64,000 nt of DNA from Octopus vulgaris. Taxonomy: Eukaryota. The notes below the pieces were generated by a model. The model had not been told where the DNA came from and did no database searches. It worked only from the letters and a program-made list of their open reading frames with translations. Below, piece by piece: positions 26,951 through 38,519 of this stretch (position 1 is the first letter of the stretch; each line of letters begins with the position of its first letter). The position numbers and the translations under genes were made by a program. The DNA lies in contig OX597825.1 in assembly GCA_951406725.2 (NCBI GenBank), forward strand, positions 57,288,001-57,352,000, given 5' to 3'.

Positions 26951-29403
26951 ACCAGCTGGTGTACCTGGTAATTCCCACGTGTAAAGATGTTCTATGGATA
27001 AATGGATTTAAAAAAATATTTTTATTTTAATGTGAACATGAATTTTTTAGTACTGTGTTTTGGAATTTTAAGAAATGAAAAATGTATGCTATTGAATGGA
27101 AACTTGCAATGTAATATTTCCAATCCTGAATAAAACCAGATTTGACACCCAGGAATTATTCCTGAAAAGCCACATCACTTTAGCCAGTTCTTCAGACATC
27201 AGCTTCCATCACAATTAATGCGAAATATTAATCACACTAACCTTTGACTTTTCCAAATCACTAGGACCCATAGCAGCTGATGATATGAATCGTGTTTCTT
27301 TAGGTTAAAGAGATGACAGAGAACTCTCATTTGCAGGATTGGGTACTAGTCTTTTTTAGGTAACTTTTGAAACACTGAAAATATTTTAGTACTGCTGCTA
27401 CCTACAGATGTGTCTTGTACCTTTGCTTGACTTCTCGTGTGACATCTATGTACTGCTAAATTGATCGAGCTGTTGAAGGTTAAATATCTATTTAAAGGTT
27501 GTTGTATGGAAGGTAGAATTGTGAACTACTGCTGCCAACATCCAGTCAGTTTCAAGCATCCTTGTTCTTGAAGGAGAATACATCCAACGAAGTCTCACTG
27601 TTGCTTTCTCAAACTTGTAGAAGATACTTGAACTTCAAACTACAAGTTTGCAAAATACTAATTTTTAAATCCAGGGAATTCTGGTACAGCAACTGTTGGG
27701 GCCTTTGAAACTAAGTCATATAGGAGTGCAATAGATTGACCCTGCACACTAAATAGTAAATCAAAGCCATTGACTTTTTGATTGGAGGTCCACATTAACT
27801 CGGTTGCAGTTGGTGGTGAATTGGCAGTCCATAATAAAAAATGTAGAAAGAAACTGTTTAACCTGTTGGTGTTTGAAGCAGCATATATCTTTTAGATAAT
27901 TCTTTAAGAACTGCTCTATGTAAACTTAATTATTAGGCTGGTTTAATGTCTCTTTCAATGAGTAAGTATGAGTGCTTTTTGTTACAAATTTTAATATTCT
28001 GTTAATTATTTTCTACAATAGCAGATAAAAATAGAAATCCTATTTTGTATTGAATGTGAAAGCACAGCACAGCATCAAATAATGTTGATTGATGGATGCT
28101 CTCTTTATCTAATATAAGACGTGTCTTCATCAGTGAACAGCCACAATCAGATTAGACAGCGAGCAGAACTTTGTTTGAATAAAAGCTTTTCTTTTAAGGC
28201 ATTTTTACTCAATACACTTGGTTTAAGCAAATGTAATAGAATATTAAAGGAGCATGGATGGGTTGATATTGAAAGGGTTAACACGTTAACTATGTGTGAG
28301 GTGAACCTTCTTCTGGCTAAAAGAAGCTACATACACCAGCAGCCTTGTATGGAACAAGCAGATGAACTAGTTGAAATTTTTTTTCTTTATTTTGGTTGTT
28401 GGATTGCAGTTGTGCTGGGGCACTGTCTTGAAGGGGTTATAGTTGCTCACGCCAAGTACAGTACTTGTTTTAGGTATGGTACTTTGTTGTCACTATATAT
28501 TGAATCACTAAATCACAGGGACACAAATGAACCAACACCAGTTGTTAAGCAACGAGAGAGATATTGAAAGACACTCAAATATATGTGATGGGTTTCTGCA
28601 GTTTTCATTTCCCAAATTTACAAGGCATTGATATTGGTTGGCCAGGACCTATAGTAGGAGACACTTGCTCAAAGTACTGTGCAGTGGGACTGAATTTGAA
28701 ACTATGCTGTTGCATAGTAAGCTTCTAAATATGTAGTCATGCTGTCATCTTTCATTTGACTTACCATCCATTTGTCTATAAATTGCTCCATCCAATTGTT
28801 TATAAATAGGTACCAGATAAATATTACATGACACTTTACTCTAACCAGTTACCTGTATTGTCACAGATCTTGGTGAAGAAAATACAAGATTTGCACTTGA
28901 AACAAAATTCCTAGATTGAACATCAGTCTGTCAGAAGTGGATTTTCCTTCAAGTAATTGGCAAGCCCAGTACACCGAACTGAAAATAGATACTACACTGT
29001 GATACCTATTTGTGACTTGGTGGACTGGGCTGTTGAGGGCCAAATAATTGAGGTATGGATACCTGACCCTCAGTTAATTATCTGTTATCTTCAAGGAAAA
29101 TCCTAACTTCTGGATATAATTTTGGCATTGTTCACCTAAGAGTGAATGGATTATCATTGGTAATGGTTTTAGCTCTGAATTATAAGTATCGCAGGTGAAT
29201 TCTAGGTGTCTTTGATAAGTGTAGAATTAGCTACATCTTACAATTGGTTGAAATTTGGGAAGTGAATTCCCTTTTTTTTTTTTTTGTTTTTTTGTTTTTG
29301 TAACCTGTAAATCTCCATCAATTCCATTATGTACATCTCTTTTTCAGTTTTCTGTCAGGAATGTTACAGCTACTGAATTCAAAATATGAAATATTTTGTT
29401 TAA

Positions 29404-29623
29404 CCCTTTCATTACTGTACTTATGTTGAGATGCTCTGTTTCATTCAATTAATTTTAAATACAACAAAAAATTTAGTGAAATAACTTAGTTATCATTAAG
29501 TTACTGTTAGGAACATAAATTGTGACTAAGGTTTGGTGGAAGATTTTAATTTAGAGCTTTTTTAAAGAAGACATTTGTACTACAGAGCCAGAGGCAGTTT
29601 CAGCCGAGTTGGTATCAAAAGGG
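29404..29623. mobile_element. piggyBac-like MITE with TTAA target duplication
   Basis: TTAA|CCCTTT...AAAGGG|TTAA. Relatives at ~10930-11110, 16060-16274, 29842-30026 and 50132-50358. Confidence 0.7.
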
Positions 29624-29703
29624 TTAACTTATGGAATTATTTCCATAAAACAATTATTTTTATATTTGTCATTTTACATCTATTGTTTTTTATTTCATTC
29701 TAG

Positions 29704-29816
29704 CTGAGAAAATTTTGCAATCAGATGAAAATGGAGGTCGAAGAACCCGCTCAAGATCCCGTGTTCAGACTCCTGAACAGAGCACTCGTAGCAGAAAATT
29801 AGCGACCCCTGCAAAA
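29704..29816 (+). CDS. Gene 1 exon (AEKILQSDENGGRRTRSRSRVQTPEQSTRSRKLATPAK)
   Basis: Acceptor ttttttatttcattctag|, donor AAA|gtaagg. Phase 1 in, phase 0 out. Confidence 0.88.
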
Positions 29817-30659
29817 GTAAGGCAGCAAAAGCATTTTTTCTTTAACCTTTTTGTTACTATATTTCTGTTGAAATACACTTCTTTTGTTTCAGTATTGAAA
29901 ATATGAAAATTTTAGTAAAATAACTGTGATCATTAAACTATTAGGCAGCTTAGATCACTTTAAGACAGGAAGCTCATATCATAGAAACAGGGACAGCCTC
30001 AGTTGGGTTGATATCAATAGGGTTAAATATTTAGATAATTGCAAATTGTTATGTTCCCCCATTTTACATTATGTTCCTTTATTGTTCCTTCAACCAATTT
30101 GTTATATTTCTGTTGAAATAGAATGCCTTTGTTTCAAATAATTTTGAAAATGATAATGACATGGTTATTTTACGCAAATTTTTATTAAATTGGTGTTTTG
30201 ACATAAATGAACACAAAATTTTTATAGAAGATTTTGAATAAAAAAAAAAAAACAGGAAAAAAAACCTTAGAACCAAGAGTGGTCTCTGATAAGTTGAATC
30301 ATTTTGCATCCAAATCCTGATGTAATTGCCAAAGTATCAATCTTGTTCTGTGGTAAAATTTTATACCTTCTCAGAATTGTCAAATTTAGAAAATATATTC
30401 TGCTTACCTACACTTTACACAACCTTAACTATGGAATGAAACTAGTTCTATTAATTATTATCATCATCATTATTTTTATTATTACCTGTCTTTGTTTTGT
30501 CCCTTCATCCTTCGCTCAGGTGGCAAATAAAAGAAATCATTATTAATATTATTATTAAGGTTAGGGTTTTAACAATGGAATGCTGATATGAAGATCTATT
30601 AATTTATGCATCAAAATAGGAATAAAAGCATTTATAAAACAGAATTTCTAGAAGTCTCA

Positions 30660-31440
30660 TTTGTTATTACTTGCCTTGTATTCTGAGTTTAAATTTTACC
30701 CAGGTCAACTTTCCTTTCAGCCTTCTGAGGTCAATAAGATATAGTGTTAGTCAAGTACTGGGGGTCAATGTAAACAACTGTTCCTTGTCTCCGACAAATA
30801 TCTTGCCTTGTGTTTATCTAAGTAGTAAGTAGTATTATAATTAGTAGTGACAGATTGAAATACTTCACAATATTGAGTTATGTCCCTTCGCATTTGAAAT
30901 TTAAGCATTATTATACTAAAGGCAGAATTGTTAGAGCTTGGAACAAACTGCTTTGTGGCATTTCTTCTGGCTCTGTATTTCGATTCAATTCCCACTGAGG
31001 TCAACTTTGCCCTTTTCAGTATTGATAAAATAAGGTACTAGTCAAGTACTGGGGTTGATGGCTTTTAGCTAATCCTGTCCCCTCAAGATGTCTGCCTGTG
31101 TTCTTCTGGACTAAATTAGAAACCAGCCAATAATAGAAGTCCTTCTTGTGAGAAGCAGATAGGCAGTATCATTAGATTGTTAGAAAAAAGGCTTTGCAGT
31201 ATTCATTCCACCTTTCTATATTCTCAGTTCAAATCCTGTCAAAGCTAACTTTCCTTTGTCCCTCTCTAAGGTCAATAAATTAATGTATCACCCAAGTATC
31301 AGGATCGGTTTAGTCTACTAAAAGTCTGGTGCCTGTACTTAGCTGGCAGAATCATTAGAGCATTGGTATAAATTCCTTTATGTGATAGATTTAATCCCTT
31401 CCCCCAAATTTGAGGCTTTGCGCTTCCAGTAGAAAGGATT
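30660..31440 (+). mobile_element. Cluster of decayed family-B SINEs
   Basis: Repeated gagttcaaat...gtcaactttgcc...agtcaagtactgggg units. Confidence 0.7.
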
Positions 31441-32650
31441 ATTATTTTTATTATTATTATTGTTCAGTAGTCTTATTTTCATAACGTGCTTTCACTGCAC
31501 TAATGAGCGCATCTCTGCCTTGGGTATGTGCTGTGGTTTGTTGTGATGGTAACTATATTGAAAGTGTTTTACATAGGATGTGTACAGTGCCTAGTAGTGC
31601 CATTTTCTGTATATTATATATATTTGTTAGTCCTGGTGTTTTTGTTATGTATTTGTCTGAATTTTTTTTCATGCACCCACTGTGATAGGAATTGTTTCTG
31701 CTTTTAGACTCCACATTCGAGTTACCTTTATTTCCAGGTCTTTGTATTTTGAAAGTTTCATGTTTATTTCTTTGGTAAATCCATGTACTGTCTGTAGTAA
31801 TGTTTCCAGCTGTTTATCATTTGTAGCATACAGCTTTAGATCATCCATATATAAGAGGTGGTTGATTGTTTTGCTGTAATAGTTGTATCCACATCCAGTT
31901 CTGTTTAGCATGTCAGATAAAGGTTTCAGTACCAAGCAGAAAAGGATTGGAGAGAGAGCGTGTCTCCTTGGAATATTCCTCTTCTAATGGGGATGGCTTC
32001 GGTTTTCATGAGTCCCTCTTTTGTCTGGAGCTCTAGCACTGTCTGCCATTTATTCATAGTGTTTTATATATTTTATAATTATTGGTGCTACCTTGTTCAT
32101 GGCTAGTGTTTCTAGGATCCATGTGTGGGGAATACTATCAAAAGCCTTTCGGTAATTGATCCAGGCCATACATAGACCCTTCTTTCTTCGGCTGTCTTCA
32201 GTTATGGCTTTATTGATCAGTAGCTGATCTTTACAGCCGTATGAGTCCTTGCAGCATCCCTTCTGCTCTTCTGGAAACGGGTTGTTTTCTTCCAGATGCT
32301 TGCTCATTCTCTGTGATATTATTTCTCAGCCAGCTTTTTGTGTGTTCCTGTCAGATATTTTACCTAGAAGCTGGGGATCTTATCGTGCCTGGGTGCCTTT
32401 TAGTTGCTTAGTTTTTGCAGTACCTGGGTGACCTCTTCAGTTGTTATAGGGGTCCAGAGTTGTTCAGGTGTTGAGTTCATTGTTTTAATAGACCTTTTCT
32501 GTGGTTGTTCCTTCATCGACCATATTTCTTTCCAAAATTCTTCCACTTCAGCTGTTGGCGCTGCATTGATGTCTATTTTATTTTTGCTAAGTTCTTGGTA
32601 GGATCTTTTGGGGTTGGAGTTGAACTGTTTGTTTTGTTCAAAGAAACATT
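31440..32650 (-). mobile_element. Internally deleted R4/Dong-clade non-LTR retrotransposon
   Basis: [41 protein letters not shown] and KYKDLEIKVTRMW...PITVGA motifs. (TAA)n 3' tail near 31440-31460. Confidence 0.85.
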
Positions 32651-32895
32651 GGCGTTTCTCATACTAGGCTTACAAAGAATAAGTCCTGAGGCTCGATTTG
32701 CTCGACTAAGGGCAGTACTCCAGCATGGCCACGGACAAATGACTGAAACAAGTAAAGGATATATTTTTCTTTTTATATTGGCTACTTTTTCCTCTCGTTC
32801 ATAAACTGAAACCTCTTTTGCATATGTGTGTGTGTTTGTGTTATACATATATGTGTATAAATTATTCAGTTTTTGTGTTTTCTTTTTGCTTTCAG

Positions 32896-33225
32896 GAAAC
32901 AAAGCCTGCAGCCAAACCAGGGCGGAAAGAGAAGAAAGCTGCCTCAGCAGGAGATGCTGCACCTGCCGTTGCTGATGAAGAAGTAAAGGCTGATGGTGAG
33001 AAGGCTGATGAAGTAAAAGCTGAGGATGCAGAACCTGTTGAGAAGGAGGAAGCTGCTGCTGAAGATGAGGTCAAGGAAGAAACTGCTGACGGTGAAGTGA
33101 AAGAAAATGATGAACATGAGAAGGAAAATGATGAGTCTAAAGCAGAGGAAGCTGATGAAGAAGTGAAAGAAGAGGAGAAAGCTAATGAAGAAAGTTCCAA
33201 GGAAGAGAATGCTGGGACAGAATAG
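32896..33225 (+). CDS. Gene 1 last coding exon: Lys/Pro/Ala linker and Glu/Asp-rich tail; complete product ~198 aa disordered basic-acidic protein (HMGN-like architecture)
   Basis: Acceptor tctttttgctttcag|, frame continuous with the previous exon, TAG at 33223-33225, coding-like codon usage. Confidence 0.9.
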   Translation, partial: ETKPAAKPGRKEKKAASAGDAAPAVADEEVKADGEKADEVKAEDAEPVEKEEAAAEDEVKEETADGEVKENDEHEKENDESKAEEADEEVKEEEKANEESSKEENAGTE

Positions 33226-36010
33226 ATATTATTTTTTCACTCATTAACGTTCATTACTTGATATATCTCAACATAGATTTGTTCCAACAACTTCATGACA
33301 ACATAAATCAAATCTTCTATTCATTTTTATTATTTTAAATTTTTTTCTCTCTCCCCTTCCTGCAATCATTATCATTTGCAGTTTTATTAAAATACTAAAA
33401 TAATTCATACAATATTTATGATTCTTGTTGATTTTGTTTGTTTTTTTTTTTAAATATTTTTATGTTTAATTTCTAATTTCAGTTTTGCATTTGAAATGGA
33501 TTATTGTGTTTTTCCTTTTTTTTTAATTTACTTTTTTCTATTGACAATTTATTTTCTGTTGGTTGTGGGGTGAAAACTTTTTTTGTTTTTTAAAAGTTTC
33601 TCTTGAATTTTGATTGTCAATAGTCAGACAACCAAGATTTGTGTGTATGTGTGGGGGGCTTACATCTAGAAAGGATTAGTAAGGTTTCTGTTAAGTGCAG
33701 TAGTTAGATGAGTAACGCTACTAGATCATTGTCTTTAATGAAGTTCCAGGAAGAAATAATTGCAAATGTTTGCTTCTTCTCCATATCCCCTCCCATTTGA
33801 TTTCTTTAGGCCTACAAGAGGATTTGAACACTGCCATGCCAGTTTATAGTCCTGCTGCTGCTTACATGAAATGAACTGGCCAATCATTGCATAATGTCTT
33901 GACTATGGTCATACTTCAGTAGCAATGACAAGATATGAGAACTTCCATGCTCTTAGCAAAGTTATTTCTAATATCATAATGTGAAGTGGAATTCTGAGAT
34001 TTTAGGACAATTCTGTAGTCCAATATTAAGCAGTAAGTAGCACAATGATATTGCAGAATTAACGAGAACTAACATACTTTCACTTCCTCCACCTCAAAAT
34101 GGTGTTGTTGGAACAACATTGTAAAGTGTGAGAGAGAAATGCACATATCAAATCTATTGATATTCCTATCTTGCTATCCTTATATAATTATAGATGATAA
34201 AAATGTTGATTGATTTCTCCAGTCACACATTACATCATATAAAGAGAGTTAAGATAAAAGGTGTTGGATGAGTGCACATACTAGGCTTCATGGCTAGAGA
34301 GAGAGTAAATGATTGGGTAGTTAGTTATGTAAGGAGTTATATATGAATAAGAATTTGTTTTTTTATTATTTCATTTTAAAGTAAATATTTTTCTTTCGAA
34401 AATTAGTATTCATTTCATCATTTTGTATAAGCACCAAGAAATTTGATAAAAGTTAGCTTATAATTATTACATGTGTGCCATATTTTGTGTCACATTGAGA
34501 GTAACACTTTAGTTTGCAATAAACCTGTGTGTGTATATGTCTATATGTATCTATCTACACGCACGTTTATTGCAAACTAAAGTGTTACTCTTAATGTGCC
34601 AGGAAATATATAATATATACCTGTTTATTGCAAATATTAAAATTGAAGTTCAAAGTTTAATAAAGATAAAATGCAAACATTAGAAAAGTTATAAGATAAC
34701 GGTGTGTATGTATGTGTGGCTGTGTGGTTTTTGAGACGGGTTTCCAGCCTTGGAAACTGACTACACCTGAAAGAAATATGGAGGCTATGTGTAAGAAATA
34801 TATACCCTCTTCCATCATTTCTTAGACCCACTTGGGTTATGAAATTTGAAACTGCTAATTTCACTAAATCCAGGAAATTATAGACAACTATGTCTTCACT
34901 GTTAGTCTAAAGGCCTGACAGCAGAGCCAGTGTTATTTCAAGAATGTTTCTTTGTCCAGGAGACCTCAGCAAACACTAGTGGAGGTCTAATCGATTGTAT
35001 ATTTTATTTTCCTTTCTTAAAATATTCACTAAATAATTCTCTTACTTTGTACTTTGTCTCTCTCTCTCTCTCTCTTTAAATTTCTTTAGAGCATTTCAGA
35101 GAATAATTTTGTATTATATGGTTATTAAAACAAATTAGTATTGTAGTTGCAAAGTTATCTTGATGATATTGACAAATTCCATAGTAGGATGTGTGTGTGT
35201 GTTAATTTTCTTTTTTTTCCTTTTTAACATTTTTTGTATCTCTTTTAGTTCTCATTTATTCTCAAACATGTTTTAAATTATATAAATATAAATTTTTTTT
35301 GTATGATAATATCTCAAACCATCCTAAATGTAACCAAAACCATTTTACGTCATTAAGTTCTATTTAACTGAAAAGAAAAAAAATGCTCTCAAAATCTTGG
35401 ACTACTAATATTACTTCTTCTACTATAAATAATAGTAATAATAATTAATTATCAAAAAGGCAGCACTCATTCGAAGTTGCATTTCTTCAAAATTTAACAT
35501 TATCTTTTTTTTTTACTTTTCAAAAAAAGGAATATTTTATTTGTCAAAGAGCTCAGTAAGTTGACAGATGTGGTTTTTAGTTTCATCCCTTTTACATTCT
35601 GATTTTAAATCCCGCCAGAACCAACTTTGCCTTTCAGCCCTCCTGGGGAGGTTGATAAAATAAGTACCAGTCATATGTACTGGGGGTGTGGGTTCAATCA
35701 ACTGTGTACCCGTCCCATGCAACAATTGGCCCTGTTGCCAAAGTAAAAAAAAATAAAATTCATTGTGTCAAATTCTGTACCATCTGTCTGAATCAATATG
35801 AAAAATTATAAATTCTTGGCATATATTCTGTAAGTCATTAATTACATAAATGTTGGGATGTTTTAGAATGTCACATATTAATTTTATTTTGAATTCATTA
35901 TCTGATTGATTATTGATCAAATTATAACTTTTGTGACGAGTACTTATATATAAAGATTATAAATGATTTAATTTCTAAATATGAATTACAAAAATAATAA
36001 AAACAACAAA
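33226..36010 (+). other. Probable long U-rich 3'UTR of gene 1 with several poly(A) signals
   Basis: Nearly TE-free to ~35550. AATAAA at 34518, 34659, 35752 and 35996, ATTAAA at 35124. The actual end is unknown. Confidence 0.5.
34480..34609 (+). repeat. Long near-perfect hairpin (34-bp core stem)
   Basis: 34491-34524 pairs with 34565-34598 (one G-U on the + RNA). Imperfect pairing extends both inward and outward. Confidence 0.9.
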
Positions 36011-36156
36011 AATTTGGATAACTATTTCCAAAGAGAATATATGTCAGGGTTACCATCTGAAAAAAATATGTTTTGGGGAAACACTGGTTTGTAAAGTGGA
36101 AAAAGAAATTGGAAAATTAGAATTAAATTGATTTAAAATTTAAAAACTATGTTTTA

Positions 36157-36555
36157 GATCTGCCATCTTTAGCAGAAAAATCCATCATCTTTTGTATAAA
36201 ACCATTTATTTCTAAAATCTTTTGTAAAAAACAAAAAACGTGAACAGTTATTTCTGCTATGCTTGGTTAAAAAAGAACATCAAAATCTGCTGTCTTTGAT
36301 AGAAAAATAACCAAGTTATTCCTACCACGTTTGGTAAATATGAAGAAGAAATCCCATTAGAAGCTCATCTATTGATAGAAAATCATTTATTGATAACCAT
36401 TTTTCATAGTAAAATCATGTATTTCTACTGTCTTTGGTAAGAAAAGCAACAAACTATTTCTATTAGCTTTGGTAATGTAACATCATTTCTACCATCTTTT
36501 CAGTGGTGGTGGGTGGATAAAAACATCTTTGTCTCACAATTTTTGGTAGAAAACC
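36157..36555. repeat. Array of ~12 degenerate palindromic motifs, consensus TTTCTRCCATCTTTGGTAGAAAA
   Basis: Copies begin near 36159, 36181, 36209, 36251, 36286, 36319, 36364, 36394, 36422, 36458, 36487 and 36532. Confidence 0.6.
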
Positions 36556-36871
36556 TCTTTCTATCGTATTGGAAGTAAAAATAAAATTCATCAGTTATAA
36601 TCTGTTCTTTGATTTCATTTGAAAATGGTAAATATTGTTGTTTGAAGCAGTACAGTTGTAGAATTGAATGGTCTTCAGTATTTGGTTCAATCCTGCTGCT
36701 ATATTCTGCTTCCATGCACCCACTGAGATCAACTTAAAGTGATCTATTTCAGAAGGATGAACAGCCAAGTTCCAGTGGAACATTGGGCCATAACCAGTGC
36801 CCTTGCCCTCCCCATAGGTCTGTGGCACAACAGTCACAATATAAGTGGTTTCAGTTAAAGTTACTTTTGAT

Positions 36872-37099
36872 CAATGGTTCTCAACCATTCTTACCCATGA
36901 ACCTTTTTTGATTTCTATTTTACTCTACTGGACCTCTATAGCCATTTGATGTATATAAAAATAATCCTATTTATAATTAAATCTCATTAGAAATTGTATT
37001 TAAAAAATGAAAATATTTTGTGTATTGTAGGCATATAACCAAATTATTTCACAAATTTTGACAACAAAATCTTACATGGACTCTGGTTGAGAACCACTG
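36872..37099. mobile_element. hAT (Charlie-like) MITE
   Basis: TIRs caatggttctcaacc / ggttgagaaccactg. 8-bp TSD cttttgat / ctttagat. Confidence 0.85.
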
Positions 37100-37234
37100 C
37101 TTTAGATGGTGGATCACAATTGGTAGAACACAAGATGAAATGTTTAGAAGTATTCACCCAAGTATAAATCTTGTGAATTATAACTTTGCTTTTCATCCTT
37201 CTGCGGTTCCATAGAATATGCTCTGGTTATAGAC

Positions 37235-37278
<44 letters not shown>

Positions 37279-37310
37279 ATGTGTGCAAGTATATATATTA
37301 TATGGGTGTA

Positions 37311-37702
37311 GACGTGGCTGTGCAGTAAGAAATACGCTTCCCAACCACATGGCTCCAGGTTCAGTCCCACTGCATGGCACCTTGAGTGGGTGTCTTCTAC
37401 TATAGCCTTGGGCTGACCAAAGCCATGTGAGTGGATTTTGTTGGCAGAAACTGAAAGAAGCCTGTTACGTGTATATATATATATCTGTTTGTATGTATTT
37501 GTCCCCCCGCCTCTTCTTGACAACCAGTGTTGGTGTGTATAAGTACCTGTAACTTAGTTCAGCAAAAGACCCCTATAGAATAAGTGCCAAGCTTTATAAA
37601 AGAAAAAAAAAGATAGTAAATTCTGGGGTTGATAAGTTTGACTAAAATTCTTTGAGGTAGTGCCCCAGAATACATGCAGTCTAATGACTGAACAAATAAA
37701 AG
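37311..37702 (+). mobile_element. Family-A SINE
   Basis: Full head, internal microsatellite and 3' end. Confidence 0.8.
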
Positions 37703-38519
37703 ATGTATTGATTTACTACGTGGTTTGTAGCCGGGTCCACTTAAGGAGCTTTTTTTGAGATTACCACTGGGTTAAATCCATATATTTTGCATTATATATA
37801 ATAACAAAGGGTAAAATTAAGAAGTAATCAATAATTTCACCAAGTAGAATTCGGCATGAAAAAGGACCATTTCACGATAAACTTAGGTAATACTTTATAA
37901 TTAGGGTTCAGAAAAACCAAAATATTTCAAAACAATCCACACAGGCAGAGAGGAAAAATAACGAAAATCAATCAATATCTGATATTGGGAGTCCCTTTTT
38001 AAAGTAGAAGAAATAGCTAAGGTTTTTTGGCTGCTATTTCTAAACTTTGGTATGTGGTAAAGCAAATCTTTGCTGAACCCTAATTATAAAGTATATATAT
38101 ATATATATATATAGTTATATGTATATCATCATTTAATGTTCTTCCATGCAAGCATTGGTTAAATAGTTTGACGAGTTGATCAGGCAGAAGCCGGCACCAT
38201 ATTTCAGTGTTTGTTTTGACACGGTTTTTACAGCTGGATGCCTTCCCTAACACCAAAAATCCTGCTGAGTGCTATTTACATGCCACCAGCACAAGCAAGG
38301 ACAGGTTTGGAACATTTATATATATATCATCAGCGTTTAATATCTGCCTTCCATGCCGGCACAGCTTGGATGGTTTGACACGGCTGGCTTGCAGGGAGCT
38401 GTCCAGACTCCAATTGTGGTGGCATGGTTTCTTCAGCTGGATGTCCTTCCCAACATATATTTTTATCTAAAAGCAGTGCTTCAGCATGGCTACAGTCAAG
38501 TGAATGAAAAAAGTGAAGG

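Noticed and set aside
24066-26978. Many 60-170 aa Y/I/H/T/C/V-rich ORFs (also near 12.4, 46.6-47.9, 50.7 and 61.8 kb)
   Set aside because: They are translations of microsatellites, which lack stops by composition.
32892-33200. 102-aa Ser/Ala/Phe-rich ORF on the - strand
   Set aside because: It is the antisense shadow of the Glu-rich exon of gene 1.
36157-36555. CRISPR-like repeat-spacer geometry
   Set aside because: The context is eukaryotic, the repeats are very degenerate, the spacers are short and irregular, and there are no cas genes. It is reported only as a motif array.
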